This document shows positions 12,593 through 22,885 of a stretch of 40,000 nt of DNA, piece by piece. The stretch lies in NCBI GenBank assembly GCA_965236175.1, contig CBDEAT010000003.1:7759-47758 (forward strand), in the 5' to 3' direction. The position numbers were made by a program, and so were the translations under genes. Under the pieces are notes generated by a model, which was not told where the DNA came from, did no database searches, and saw only the letters and a program-made list of their open reading frames with translations. The DNA is from Candidatus Pelagibacterales bacterium. GTDB taxonomy: Bacteria > Pseudomonadota > Alphaproteobacteria > Pelagibacterales > Pelagibacteraceae. Within the stretch, counting starts at the first letter, position 1. The number at the start of each line of letters is the position of its first letter.

Positions 12593-13393
12593 TTATGCAA
12601 CTTTTTTTTCTTCCAAATTTTCTCTAATTAAAAACTCATCCACAAACTGATTATAAGCCAATGAACCCGAACAATTTTTATCGTACAAAATCACTGGCAT
12701 TCCAAATGAAGGTGCTTCTGAAATTCTTACATTACGAGGTATGTTTGTATTATAGACCTTATTACCAAAAAAATTTCTTCCTTCTTTTTCAACATCAGCA
12801 CAAAGTTTATTTCGTTTATCATACATAGTCAGAACTATGCCTTGTATTTCTAAATTAGGATTTAAATTAATTTTTATACGATCAATTGTTTTAACTAGCT
12901 GACTTAACCCCTCTAAAGCAAAAAACTCTGTTTGCAATGGAACAACTAACGAATGAGAAATAACTAAAGACATAATTGTAAGAAGACTAAGAGATGGAGG
13001 GCAATCAATTATAATGTATGAAAATTTTTCTTTTTCTAAATTATTTATTGGATCATCAATAATATTTTTTAATAAAAAAGCTTTTTGAGAATTATTTGCA
13101 ACCTCAGTTTCGAGTCCTGACAAATCTGCATTTGCTGGTATGATGCTTAAATTTTCTATCTTAGTTTTTTTTATGCATTCAAAAAAAGAATCTTTCTTTA
13201 TAAGCAAATCATAAATTGATTTTTCTCTCTCACTCTGACTAATCCCAACACCAGTTGATGCATTGCCTTGGGGATCAAGATCGATAAGTAAAACTTTATA
13301 ATTTTTAAGAGCTAGACCTGCAGCTAAGTTAATTGCCGTAGTAGTTTTACCAACTCCACCTTTCTGATTTATAACTGAAATTATCCTAGGCAT
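12593..13393 (-). CDS. parA: Chromosome partitioning ATPase ParA/Soj
   Basis: VINQKGGVGKTTTAINLAAGLA deviant Walker A; DLDPQGNASTGVG; IIDCPPSLSLLT. Confidence 0.97.
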   Translation of the reverse strand: MPRIISVINQKGGVGKTTTAINLAAGLALKNYKVLLIDLDPQGNASTGVGISQSEREKSIYDLLIKKDSFFECIKKTKIENLSIIPANADLSGLETEVANNSQKAFLLKNIIDDPINNLEKEKFSYIIIDCPPSLSLLTIMSLVISHSLVVPLQTEFFALEGLSQLVKTIDRIKINLNPNLEIQGIVLTMYDKRNKLCADVEKEGRNFFGNKVYNTNIPRNVRISEAPSFGMPVILYDKNCSGSLAYNQFVDEFLIRENLEEKKVA

Positions 13394-13401
13394 TTACAAC
13401 T

Positions 13402-14031
13402 TTAAGTTGTACTACGTTTAATATTACTAATTTTAAGAATATAAGATTCATCAGATGTAATGCTTCTAAATTTTTCTAGATCAAAAGTATATTTTTTTTT
13501 AGCATCCTCTAATTCATGTTGATAAGTTTTACCCTTCATTAGTATAATACTTTTAATTTTATCATTATTTTTGAAAAGAATATCTATTGTGTCGATTACC
13601 TTCTTGAATGCTCTTGAAACTATTGTTGAGATTTTGCTAAATTTATAATCTTCTAGCCTTACATTCTGTATTTTTAATGTTAGGCCTAATTTATTTGATA
13701 AATCATTTAAGAATTTGCATTTTTTTGGACTTTTATCTATCAATACAATATTTCCTTCTACTTTTTTACTATCCATCAAAATCTTTATTATAACTCCTGG
13801 AAATCCAGCTCCTGAACCTATATCGACAATTTCAGATTTATCATCAATTAAATCGTATATTTGGGCAGAATCTGTAAAATGTCTTGAAAAAATATGATTT
13901 TCTGTTGTTTTTCCTATTAAATTCAATAATTTGTTATTTTCTAATAAAAAATGATTATATATGTTTAATTTTTCAATTGTTTCACGTGAAACATTGAATT
14001 TTTTAATAAAAAATTCAATATCCTTGTCCAT
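13402..14031 (-). CDS. rsmG: 16S rRNA (guanine527-N7)-methyltransferase
   Basis: FNVSRETIEKLNIYNHFLLENNKLLNLIG; VDIGSGAGFPGVIIKI SAM motif; parA/mnmG neighbourhood. Confidence 0.95.
   Translation of the reverse strand: MDKDIEFFIKKFNVSRETIEKLNIYNHFLLENNKLLNLIGKTTENHIFSRHFTDSAQIYDLIDDKSEIVDIGSGAGFPGVIIKILMDSKKVEGNIVLIDKSPKKCKFLNDLSNKLGLTLKIQNVRLEDYKFSKISTIVSRAFKKVIDTIDILFKNNDKIKSIILMKGKTYQHELEDAKKKYTFDLEKFRSITSDESYILKISNIKRSTT
13978..13993. promoter_or_regulatory. parS: parS centromere-like ParB binding site
   Basis: Perfect 16-bp palindrome TGTTTCACGTGAAACA, matching the conserved bacterial parS consensus, inside rsmG about 1.4 kb from the parB start codon. Confidence 0.93.
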
Positions 14032-14036
14032 ATATT

Positions 14037-15905
14037 CTATGATGCTTTTCTAAGAGTATTTTTACAATAAATCATCAATATATTGATTGCAGCCGGTGTC
14101 ACGCCATCTATTCTTAAAGCCTGACCAAAAGTTAATGGTCTTATATCCTTAAGTTTTCTTTTAATCTCATTTGAAAGACCAGAAACGTTATCATAATCAA
14201 TATTTTTAGGTATTACGAGATTTTCATCCTTTTCAAATATGCTTATGTCTCTTTTTTGTTGTTCGATATAACCACTATAATGGGACTCTGTTTTTATTAA
14301 GTCTTCTATTTCATCTTCATACTTTGGTATATCTGAAAAAATGGCTCTTATTTTTTCTAAGGTCACATCTTTAAATTTTAAAATCTGTAAAAGAGATTTT
14401 TTTCTGCCATCTTGAGAGATTTTAATTCCATTTTTTTTTAAAACGGTAGGTGATACTATTTTATTTGACAAAATAATCTTAAAGTCATTTAAGTCATTGA
14501 TTTTATTGATAAATTTAGACTTCCTAATTTCAGAAATAAAATTATTTTTAATTGCCAAAGGAGTTAATCTTAAATCTGCATTATCAGCTCTCAGTGTTAA
14601 TCTATATTCAGCTCGGGATGTAAACATCCTGTAAGGTTCGCTTACACCTTTGGTAATTAAATCATCAATCATCACTCCAATATAAGACTGGGATCTTTCA
14701 AATTTTATTGGTTCTAAATTTTTAACGGACTGAGCGGCATTAAGACCTGCTACAATTCCTTGTGCAGCAGCCTCTTCATATCCTGTTGTTCCGTTAATTT
14801 GACCGGCAAGGTATAAATTTTCTATTTTTTTTGTTTTAAGGGTAAAATCTAATTCTGTTGGGAACACATAATCATACTCAATTGCATACCCAGGTCTTAT
14901 CATGCGAACATTCTCTAAACCATTGATTTTGAATAGTATTTCTTGCTGAATCTCCTTTGGCAGAGAAGTAGATATACCATTTGGGTACACTATATTTGTT
15001 GTAAGACTTTCTGGTTCTAAAAAAATTTGATGACGTTGCTTATCTTTAAATTTTACAATCTTATCTTCTATAGATGGGCAGTATCTAGGACCAACGCTTT
15101 TAATAGATCCTGAATACATTGCGCTACGTTTTAAATTTTTTTCAATAATCTTATGAACCTTGTCATTAGTATAAGTCATCCCACATGAAATCTGTTTGGC
15201 ATTAATTTTTTTTGTTAAATATGAAAAGAAGAAAGGTTTTTCATCAGCATCTTGCATTTCAAGTTCTTCGTAATTAATAGTTGTTCCATCAAGTCTTGGT
15301 GGCGTACCAGTTTTCAATCTACCAATTTTAAAATTTAATTTTTTTAACTGCTCACTTAATCCTAAGGTTGGTTTTTCATCTATTCTCCCTGCAGAAATCT
15401 TTTCATCTCCAATATGAATTAGACCATTTAAAAAAGTGCCAGTTGTTAAAATAAATTTTTTTGCAGAAAGTGAATTTCCAGACTGGGTTTGGATTGAAAT
15501 TATTTTATTTTTACTAAATTCAAACTTTGTTACTGGATCGTAAAAAAGACTTAAATTACAATAGCTTAACAGCATTTCTTGCATATATTTTTTATAAAGC
15601 TCTCTATCAGATTGAGTTCTGGGTCCTCTAACAGCATGACCTCTGCTACTATTTAATAATCTAAATTGTATTCCTGATTTATCGGCAACAATTCCCATCA
15701 CGCCATCCAATGCATCAATTTCTCTGACTAAATGACCTTTGCCTAATCCGCCTATTGCAGGATTACATGACATTTCACCAATTGTAGAAAGTGAATTTGT
15801 AATAAGAGCAGTATTAACCCCCGATCTTGCAGAAGCAGCAGCAGCTTCGCAACCAGCGTGCCCAGCTCCAATCACAATTACATCAAAATTTTTCTCTAAA
15901 TTCAT
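14037..15905 (-). CDS. mnmG: tRNA uridine 5-carboxymethylaminomethyl modification protein MnmG (GidA)
   Basis: [23 protein letters not shown]; [23 protein letters not shown]; [16 protein letters not shown]; full length. Confidence 0.98.
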   Translation of the reverse strand: MNLEKNFDVIVIGAGHAGCEAAAASARSGVNTALITNSLSTIGEMSCNPAIGGLGKGHLVREIDALDGVMGIVADKSGIQFRLLNSSRGHAVRGPRTQSDRELYKKYMQEMLLSYCNLSLFYDPVTKFEFSKNKIISIQTQSGNSLSAKKFILTTGTFLNGLIHIGDEKISAGRIDEKPTLGLSEQLKKLNFKIGRLKTGTPPRLDGTTINYEELEMQDADEKPFFFSYLTKKINAKQISCGMTYTNDKVHKIIEKNLKRSAMYSGSIKSVGPRYCPSIEDKIVKFKDKQRHQIFLEPESLTTNIVYPNGISTSLPKEIQQEILFKINGLENVRMIRPGYAIEYDYVFPTELDFTLKTKKIENLYLAGQINGTTGYEEAAAQGIVAGLNAAQSVKNLEPIKFERSQSYIGVMIDDLITKGVSEPYRMFTSRAEYRLTLRADNADLRLTPLAIKNNFISEIRKSKFINKINDLNDFKIILSNKIVSPTVLKKNGIKISQDGRKKSLLQILKFKDVTLEKIRAIFSDIPKYEDEIEDLIKTESHYSGYIEQQKRDISIFEKDENLVIPKNIDYDNVSGLSNEIKRKLKDIRPLTFGQALRIDGVTPAAINILMIYCKNTLRKAS

Positions 15906-15952
15906 AGGGGGTTTATATATCCCATTAACTCAAAAGATAAGGTATTTTTATT

Positions 15953-17278
15953 CTATTTCCCGATACAGAAATCTTTAAAGATTCTATCTAACAATTCTTC
16001 AACATTAACATATCCGACTATTTCTCCAAGATTTCTGACTGCCAATCTTAAATCTTCTGCTGCAAGGTCAATCTGCTCTATAGATTTTTTATTAAGGCAT
16101 CTTTGGATAAAAAACACTGTATTTTCAAGGTTTTTTTTATGTCTTTGTCTTGAAATTATATTGTCTAGATTAACTTTAAAATGTTCATCAATTTTTTCTG
16201 ATATTGTTTTAACAAGATTACTAATTCCTATATTTTTTTTTACTGAAATTCTAATTGGTTTATATATTTTTTCTTCTAAAATTTTATTTGAACTTTTAAT
16301 ATCAATTTTATTTAGAACTAAAATTGATTTTATATCAAATAATTTCAAAACTTTTTTATCTAATTTTTTTGTGTGATCAAAAATTATTAATTTTAAATCA
16401 GAATCTTTTAAATTTTTATTGGTTAAAAGAATGCCTTTTTTCTCGATAATGTTTTTTGAATTTCTTAAGCCAGCTGTATCAAAGAATCTAACTAACTTTC
16501 CATTTAACATAATACTTGTTTCTATAAGATCACGCGTTGTACCGGGTATATTAGAAACAATAGACACTTGCCTATTAGCTAAACAATTAATTAAGGATGA
16601 TTTCCCAGAATTAGTTGGTCCTATAATTGAAACCCTAAATCCCTCTCTAATTTTCTCAGAATTCTCACCATTGAGTATTATTTGTCTAATTTTATCATTT
16701 ATTTTCAATAACTTATCTCTATTATTTGAAAATACATTATCTCCAACTTCGTCATCGGAGAAATCAATGACAGCCTCATAATCTGAGAGTATTTTGATCA
16801 TTTCATTTCTTAAACCAGTGTAAATTTTTGTTGTATCTTCGTTCATTACTTTTAAAGCCTGAATTCTTTGAAGTTCTGTTTCTGAATTTATTAAATCAAT
16901 TAAACTTTCAGCCTGTAATAAATTAATTTTTTTATTAAGAAGGGCAGTTTTAGTAAATTCGCCTGGTTTAGCTAATCTACAGTTCTTAAAATTAGATAAA
17001 GTTTTTAAAAAATATTTAATAACAGCATTGCTTCCATGAACATGAAATTCAACCACATCATCTCCAGTGTAGCTATTAGGTTTTGGAAAAAATATAAAAA
17101 TCCCTTTATCAATGATCTTATTTTTCTGATCATAAAATGAAGAAAAATTAGCTACTCTCGGCTTAATTTTTTTAAATTTAGTTATGGTTTTAGCTATCTT
17201 AAAGGCCTCTTTTCCAGAGACTCTTATAACTGCCAAACCAGATGTTCCGGGGGCTGTAGCTAACGCGAATATTGACAT
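15953..17278 (-). CDS. mnmE: tRNA modification GTPase MnmE (TrmE)
   Basis: IFALATAPGTSGLAVIRVSG; GPTNSGKSSLINCLA; GTTRD; C-terminal FCIGK*. Confidence 0.98.
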   Translation of the reverse strand: MSIFALATAPGTSGLAVIRVSGKEAFKIAKTITKFKKIKPRVANFSSFYDQKNKIIDKGIFIFFPKPNSYTGDDVVEFHVHGSNAVIKYFLKTLSNFKNCRLAKPGEFTKTALLNKKINLLQAESLIDLINSETELQRIQALKVMNEDTTKIYTGLRNEMIKILSDYEAVIDFSDDEVGDNVFSNNRDKLLKINDKIRQIILNGENSEKIREGFRVSIIGPTNSGKSSLINCLANRQVSIVSNIPGTTRDLIETSIMLNGKLVRFFDTAGLRNSKNIIEKKGILLTNKNLKDSDLKLIIFDHTKKLDKKVLKLFDIKSILVLNKIDIKSSNKILEEKIYKPIRISVKKNIGISNLVKTISEKIDEHFKVNLDNIISRQRHKKNLENTVFFIQRCLNKKSIEQIDLAAEDLRLAVRNLGEIVGYVNVEELLDRIFKDFCIGK

Positions 17279-17309
17279 AAAAAAACGATATGATTTAGTT
17301 TTAATATAA

Positions 17310-17765
17310 ATGTCAACTTTCCAATTATCTTTTAAAACAAAACTAGGCTTTATGTCAGTTATAGAAAATGAAGGTTATATTACTGATATTACTTTTAGAA
17401 AAATAACAACACAAAGAAGTACCACCCAATTACTGAAAGTTAAAAATCAAATAAAACTATTTTTAAATAAAAAAATAAAAAAACTTACCTTCAAAACAAA
17501 AACTGTTGGATCAAAAACACAATTAAAAGTTTGGAATGAAATTAAAAAAATACCTTATGCGAAAACTGTATCTTATAATTTTATTTCTAAAAAAACCAAA
17601 ATACATCCACGACATGTTGGGAGAATTTGTGGTCAAAACAGATTATTACTTTTTATTCCGTGTCATAGAGTGATTAGGTCCGATGGTTTATTAGGTGGTT
17701 TTTCAGCAAAGCACGGCGTTAAGTTGAAAAGTAAAATTCTTAAAATTGAAGAATTAAATAAATAA
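17310..17765 (+). CDS. ogt: Methylated-DNA--protein-cysteine methyltransferase
   Basis: VWNEIKKIPYAKTVSY; IPCHRVIRSDGLLGGFS active-site motif. Confidence 0.93.
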   Translation: MSTFQLSFKTKLGFMSVIENEGYITDITFRKITTQRSTTQLLKVKNQIKLFLNKKIKKLTFKTKTVGSKTQLKVWNEIKKIPYAKTVSYNFISKKTKIHPRHVGRICGQNRLLLFIPCHRVIRSDGLLGGFSAKHGVKLKSKILKIEELNK

Positions 17766-18929
17766 ACCCTTATTAGCTATGCTAACAAAATTATTTTTAA
17801 TAAAAAAATTCTTATCAAGATTAGAAAGTGTATTCTTTCTTATGAAAGCATAGCTATCGATCTTAACATCAAATATTTTTCTAATGCCGTCGATCAATGC
17901 TGCAAAAGTAAAATTATTTAAATTTGTCTCATCTAAATATTTTTTAATAAAAATATCATTGCCGATTTCTAGACCTAAATTTTCGCAATATTTAGTAACT
18001 TTAATTAGAGAAAATATATTTCTTAAAGTCATATTCCAACCCTGGCCAGCTATGGGATGAATTTTATTAGCTATCTCACCAAATAGTAAAGTTCTTTTGG
18101 AATCTTTTAACTCATTAAAAATATAATTTAGATTAAACTTATTAATCTCAGAGATAGAAATTATTTCTTTAAATAATTCTTTAAAATGATTATTAAAAAA
18201 TTTTGATAAATAATTATTATTTGATACATATTTTTCATTAACTGAATTATTTTTAATAGACCAAATTACAGAAGTCTCAGTGCTTGAAACTGGAAGAAAA
18301 GCCAAAGGTCCATCTTTTAAAAAAAATTGTCTTGCAGAGTTATTTATAATTTTTTTATGAAATAGATTAAAAACATAAGCATTCTCATTATAAGACCTAT
18401 CTACAACTTTTCTTAATTTGAATTTTGATAATAAAGAAAGATTATTAGCAGAAGCAAAAATAATAAGATTATAATTTTCTTTAATTAGATCTTTAAAAGT
18501 AATTTCTTTAAAAAATTTATTGTCATTAATCGATGATATTTCTTTCTTAATGAAATTAATATTTTTTAAACTTTTTAATTTTTTTTTAATATTTAAAAAT
18601 AAAGTATTACCATCAATAATGTAAGCTAAAGCTTCTTTATTGTTAGATGCAGCGAATTGAAGATCTTGTTTTAAGCTTATGGATGAATAAGAATCGTGTA
18701 AATAAATATTCTTAACAATATTAGATTTTTTTTTAATATCTTTTAGTCCGTAAAGACATAATTGATCTAAGGAATTCTTGCTTAATGCTATTTTTGTTGG
18801 GTTAATTTTTTTTTTATTAAAATCCTGTTCAACTATGTCTATTTGTAATCTAAATTTTGATAACAAATAAGCAATCGTTAAGCCTGTAAGACCTGAACCA
18901 ATAATACAAATTTTTTGAGAGTTAAGCAT
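17754..18929 (-). CDS. UbiH/UbiF-like FAD-dependent monooxygenase
   Basis: ICIIGSGLTGLTIAYLLSKF; IANKIHPIAGQGWNMTLRNIFSL (GD/HP-type motif of ubiquinone hydroxylases). Confidence 0.8.
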   Translation of the reverse strand: MLNSQKICIIGSGLTGLTIAYLLSKFRLQIDIVEQDFNKKKINPTKIALSKNSLDQLCLYGLKDIKKKSNIVKNIYLHDSYSSISLKQDLQFAASNNKEALAYIIDGNTLFLNIKKKLKSLKNINFIKKEISSINDNKFFKEITFKDLIKENYNLIIFASANNLSLLSKFKLRKVVDRSYNENAYVFNLFHKKIINNSARQFFLKDGPLAFLPVSSTETSVIWSIKNNSVNEKYVSNNNYLSKFFNNHFKELFKEIISISEINKFNLNYIFNELKDSKRTLLFGEIANKIHPIAGQGWNMTLRNIFSLIKVTKYCENLGLEIGNDIFIKKYLDETNLNNFTFAALIDGIRKIFDVKIDSYAFIRKNTLSNLDKNFFIKNNFVSIANKGLFI

Positions 18930-19007
18930 GATTGTCTTTTCCTTTCGAATTCTATCAACTGAATATTAATGATACAAAGGTTTTAATTGTGATTCGCCAA
19001 GCAAAAT

Positions 19008-21128
19008 ATGGAAAAAATAATAACGTTTATTAAAGTAAAATTAATTGAACTTGCTGGCACAATAACTATTTTTTCTGGTCTTGCGTATTTTGTGTCTTTA
19101 ACAACCTATTCTGCCAATAATATAAGCTACGTTTTCCCCTCAGAAAAAAATATTCATAATAAATTTTTCTCTTTTTTTTATTATCTTTCTGATTTTTTTC
19201 TTCAAGCTTTTGGCGTTTTGGCATTTTTAATATTTCTTAATTTAATTATTTGGGGCGGGTATTTAATTATTAAAAAAAAAATTGAAAATTTTTCTATAAA
19301 ATTATTATTCTTAATTTTATCTATTATTTTCGGAGCTTTATTTTTCTCAATCAATATTGATCAAAGTTTTTGGCTTCCTGATAATGGCTTTGGGGGTTTT
19401 GTTGCTAATTTTATTTCTGAAAAATTAAATATAAAAAATAATTCGTTTGGTGCTTATCTTTCAGTTATTTTTGTATGCATATCTCTCATATGTTTTTATT
19501 TGAGTGCAGGATTAAATATTCAAGAATGGAAAACTGTTTTTGTAACTATAAATAATTTATTAAGTTTTTTCCCAAAATTAATATTTAAAATATATATTAA
19601 AAGGAAAAATACTGAAGAAATTGCCATTAACGCACCTATACAGGAAAATATTACTCAAAAAATTCAAGAAGAAGTCCCAGTACAAGAGGTTTCGCCTCAA
19701 CAACAACTTCCTCTGGAAAGCACAAAGGTTGAAAAATCTACAAGCTTTAAAATTCCTCCAATAAAATTACTTGATGATCCAGTAAAAATTGAAAATCAAT
19801 TAGATGAGGAAAGTTATAAAACGCAATCAAAATTTCTCGAAAATGTTCTTTTAGATTTTAGTATTTCAGGTGAAATAAAAAGAGTAAGCGCTGGACCTGT
19901 TGTAACTTTATATGAATTTGAACCAACTGCAGGAATTAAAACATCAAAAATTATAAATCTTTCTGAAGACATAGCCCGTAACACAAGTTCTATATCAACT
20001 AGAGTAGCAACCGTTCCGGGCAAAAGCACCATAGGAATAGAAATACCAAACAAGGTAAGAGAAAATGTTGCTTTAAAAGAAATAATTTCTAGCAAAGAAT
20101 TTAATAATAAAGACATTAAAATTCCAATAACTCTTGGAAAAAGTATTTCAGGATTTCCAATTGTTGGAGACTTGGTTTCTATGCCACATCTTTTAATTGC
20201 TGGAACAACTGGATCTGGAAAATCAGTCTGTATTAATACTTTAATCCTATCAATTCTTTACAGACACAAACCTGATGACTGCAAACTTATTATGATTGAT
20301 CCAAAAATGTTGGAGCTTTCTATCTATCAAGGAATCCCTCATCTACTAACGCCTGTTATTACTGAACCTAAAAAAGCAACAACAGCTCTAAAATGGGTCG
20401 TTAAAGAAATGGAAAAAAGATACCGAGAAATGACTGAAATTGGAGTGAGAAATATTTCAGGATTTAACGAGAAAGCATCTTCTGAGAGTAGAAAAAAAAT
20501 GCCTTACATTGTTGTGATAGTTGATGAAATGGCTGATTTAATGATGATTGCAGGCAAAGAAATTGAGAACTACATACAAAGACTTGCGCAGATGGCTAGG
20601 GCTGCTGGTATTCATATAGTTATGGCAACTCAAAGACCAAGTGTTGATGTCATCACAGGTACAATTAAAGCTAATTTTCCAACTCGAATATCATTCCAGG
20701 TAACGTCAAAAATAGACAGCAGAACTATATTGGGAGAGCAGGGTGCTGAATTATTGCTTGGGAATGGCGACATGCTTTTTATGTCTTCAGCAAGTAGAAT
20801 TATAAGAATCCACGGTCCTTATGTTTCTGAAAAAGAAATAGAAAGAGTTTCAACATTCTTAAGGCTTCAAGGTTCACCAACCTACATTGAAGAAGTAACT
20901 AGAATTGAAGAACAAGAAAATGATGAGGTAGTATTAAACTCTGAAGGTAAAGATGAATTATATAATAAAGCAGTTGAAATAATTAAAACTGAAGGCAAAG
21001 CATCGACTAGTTTTTTACAAAGAAAACTTGGAATTGGTTACAATAGAGCTGCTAGAATTATTGATCAAATGGAAGAAGAAAAAATAATTAGCCCAGCAAA
21101 TCACGTAGGTAAAAGAGAAATCTATTAA
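19008..21128 (+). CDS. ftsK: DNA translocase FtsK
   Basis: N-terminal TM segments; HLLIAGTTGSGKSVCINTLILSIL; DEMADLMM; C-terminal gamma wHTH (STSFLQRKLGIGYNRAARIIDQME). Confidence 0.97.
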   Translation: MEKIITFIKVKLIELAGTITIFSGLAYFVSLTTYSANNISYVFPSEKNIHNKFFSFFYYLSDFFLQAFGVLAFLIFLNLIIWGGYLIIKKKIENFSIKLLFLILSIIFGALFFSINIDQSFWLPDNGFGGFVANFISEKLNIKNNSFGAYLSVIFVCISLICFYLSAGLNIQEWKTVFVTINNLLSFFPKLIFKIYIKRKNTEEIAINAPIQENITQKIQEEVPVQEVSPQQQLPLESTKVEKSTSFKIPPIKLLDDPVKIENQLDEESYKTQSKFLENVLLDFSISGEIKRVSAGPVVTLYEFEPTAGIKTSKIINLSEDIARNTSSISTRVATVPGKSTIGIEIPNKVRENVALKEIISSKEFNNKDIKIPITLGKSISGFPIVGDLVSMPHLLIAGTTGSGKSVCINTLILSILYRHKPDDCKLIMIDPKMLELSIYQGIPHLLTPVITEPKKATTALKWVVKEMEKRYREMTEIGVRNISGFNEKASSESRKKMPYIVVIVDEMADLMMIAGKEIENYIQRLAQMARAAGIHIVMATQRPSVDVITGTIKANFPTRISFQVTSKIDSRTILGEQGAELLLGNGDMLFMSSASRIIRIHGPYVSEKEIERVSTFLRLQGSPTYIEEVTRIEEQENDEVVLNSEGKDELYNKAVEIIKTEGKASTSFLQRKLGIGYNRAARIIDQMEEEKIISPANHVGKREIY

Positions 21129-21133
21129 AATAA

Positions 21134-21685
21134 ATGAAGAGATTTTTATACATTGTCTTAACAATGTTAATTTTTTTTTGCGTTAATGTAGAAGGATCTG
21201 AAAAAGAAAGAATAATTGAAAATTTAAAAAAAATAAATTCTATTAAATTTAATTTCACTCAAATCACAAATGACATAACAGAAAATGGCAATTGTCTTAT
21301 TGTTTACCCAAAAAAAATGAGGTGCTTATACGAAGAAGAAGACAAAGAAATTATTGTAAATGATGATTACTTATTCCTTATTAATAAAAGAGAAAATAAA
21401 AATTATAACTATAATATCAAAGATACTCCTTTGGGAGTTATGTTGGACAAAGAAAATATTATAGAAAAATTATCAAAAGTAGAAAAATTTAACAAAATAG
21501 ATAAAAATATAATCGCAATCATAGATCTAAATTCTCAAGAAAGTATTGAGATATATTTTAACTCTAAAGAAATGAATATTGTAGGGTGGAAAATAAAAAA
21601 TTATGACAAATCTAATCTAGAATTCTTAATGAAAAATATTTCAATAAATATTAATACAAACGAAAAATTTGAAATCCCAAAATAA
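21134..21685 (+). CDS. lolA: Outer-membrane lipoprotein carrier protein LolA-like
   Basis: Signal peptide; LKKINSIKFNFTQ; position after ftsK as in many alphaproteobacteria. Confidence 0.75.
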   Translation: MKRFLYIVLTMLIFFCVNVEGSEKERIIENLKKINSIKFNFTQITNDITENGNCLIVYPKKMRCLYEEEDKEIIVNDDYLFLINKRENKNYNYNIKDTPLGVMLDKENIIEKLSKVEKFNKIDKNIIAIIDLNSQESIEIYFNSKEMNIVGWKIKNYDKSNLEFLMKNISININTNEKFEIPK

Positions 21686-21689
21686 AAAG

Positions 21690-22208
21690 TTATAAATTTT
21701 CTGGATTAAAAAATATCTTTTCCGTCTTAAAAATTTTCATCCCTCGTGCAAGATAATTTTTTAAAGCATTAGGATGGTCAAGTGTACACGTATGAACCCA
21801 CGCTTTATTAATCTTTTGATTAAAAGAAGTTAATATTGCATCAGTTAATAAATACCCGCCAATTCCCTTTCCATAAAATTCTTTAAATATCCCAAAATAA
21901 GGGATCTCCATTGAAGAAGTTTTTGGATCATAAAGTAACTCATAATATCCTGCTAATTTATTATTATGTTTTAAAATATATAATTTAAAAAAATCACTAT
22001 TAATATAATCTAACCAATCTTGATCGCTCCATTTTAGTCTGTCTCTCCAGAAAAAATCTTTTCCAACTTCTTTATAAAAAAATTTACAAAAATCTATCGT
22101 TGGTTTTTTTTCTAGGATAACTTCTAAATTTTTTTCTTTGCAGTTTGATTTTATTAAATCACTTCTTGAAAGTAGATGTAGATAAAATCTATCTATGGAT
22201 CTTTCCAT
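21690..22208 (-). CDS. GNAT-family N-acetyltransferase
   Basis: AGYYELLYDPKTSSMEIPYFGIFKEFYGKGIGGYLLTDAI motif A; HPNALKNYLARGM. Confidence 0.8.
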   Translation of the reverse strand: MERSIDRFYLHLLSRSDLIKSNCKEKNLEVILEKKPTIDFCKFFYKEVGKDFFWRDRLKWSDQDWLDYINSDFFKLYILKHNNKLAGYYELLYDPKTSSMEIPYFGIFKEFYGKGIGGYLLTDAILTSFNQKINKAWVHTCTLDHPNALKNYLARGMKIFKTEKIFFNPENL

Positions 22209-22209
22209 G

Positions 22210-22566
22210 TTACTTATGGATCATTCTTCCTAATTTTTCTCCGCCGAAGATATGAAAATGCAGATGGGGAACTTCTTGACCACCATCGCTACCGTTATTG
22301 CCTAAATATCTGTAACCAGAAGCGGACACTCCTAGAATATTAGCAACTTTCCCCAAAGCTCGAATTAAACCTTCAATTTCATCACTTTTAGCATTAGCTG
22401 CAAAATCATTCATGTCTACATATGCGCCTTTTGGAATTACCAAAACATGAATTTTTGCCTGAGGATTAATATCTTTAAATGCAAGAGAAAACTTATCTTC
22501 ATAAATTTTATTACAGGGAATTTCTCCTCTTAAAATTTTGGCAAATATGTTATTTTGATCGTACAT
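22210..22566 (-). CDS. HIT-family (histidine triad) hydrolase
   Basis: FAKILRGEIPCNKIYED...HLHFHIFGG; HxHxHx motif. Confidence 0.93.
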   Translation of the reverse strand: MYDQNNIFAKILRGEIPCNKIYEDKFSLAFKDINPQAKIHVLVIPKGAYVDMNDFAANAKSDEIEGLIRALGKVANILGVSASGYRYLGNNGSDGGQEVPHLHFHIFGGEKLGRMIHK

Positions 22567-22882
22567 TTTTTTTTCTATTCTTCTTCTCTTGAATTCCTGA
22601 AATTCTTTGTCTTCTCTTTAACTCTTTCATAATTGAAGCTATTGAAATTTTTTTAAACTCAAGAAGAACTAAAAAATGATATAATAAATCTGATGCTTCA
22701 TGAACTATATTTTTTTTATTAGAATATTTAGATGAGGCTGCAAGTTCTCTTGCCTCTTCCATAAATTTTTTTATACAAAAGTTTTTTCCTTTACTAAAAA
22801 GGTTTGCGGTATAAGAAATTTTAGGATTTTTATATTTGTTTTTTTTAATCTTTTTTATTAAAAATAATAAATCTTTGAACAT
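22550..22882 (-). CDS. hisE: Phosphoribosyl-ATP pyrophosphatase
   Basis: KFMEEARELAASS...NIVHEASDLLYHFLVLL; overlaps HIT ORF start by 17 bp. Confidence 0.85.
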   Translation of the reverse strand: MFKDLLFLIKKIKKNKYKNPKISYTANLFSKGKNFCIKKFMEEARELAASSKYSNKKNIVHEASDLLYHFLVLLEFKKISIASIMKELKRRQRISGIQEKKNRKKNVRSK

Positions 22883-22885
22883 AAA

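Noticed and set aside
15739-15978. Plus-strand 79-aa ORF opposite mnmG N-terminus
   Set aside because: Antisense to the FAD-binding motif; no independent support.
16419-16781. Plus-strand 120-aa ORF opposite mnmE (and others such as 16161-16376, 19814-20116, 28124-28423)
   Set aside because: Fully antisense to intact conserved genes; long open frames here are a by-product of codon bias.
22210-22882. HIT-hisE overlap as a fusion protein
   Set aside because: Separate frames with own starts and stops and a short overlap; ordinary operon compaction.
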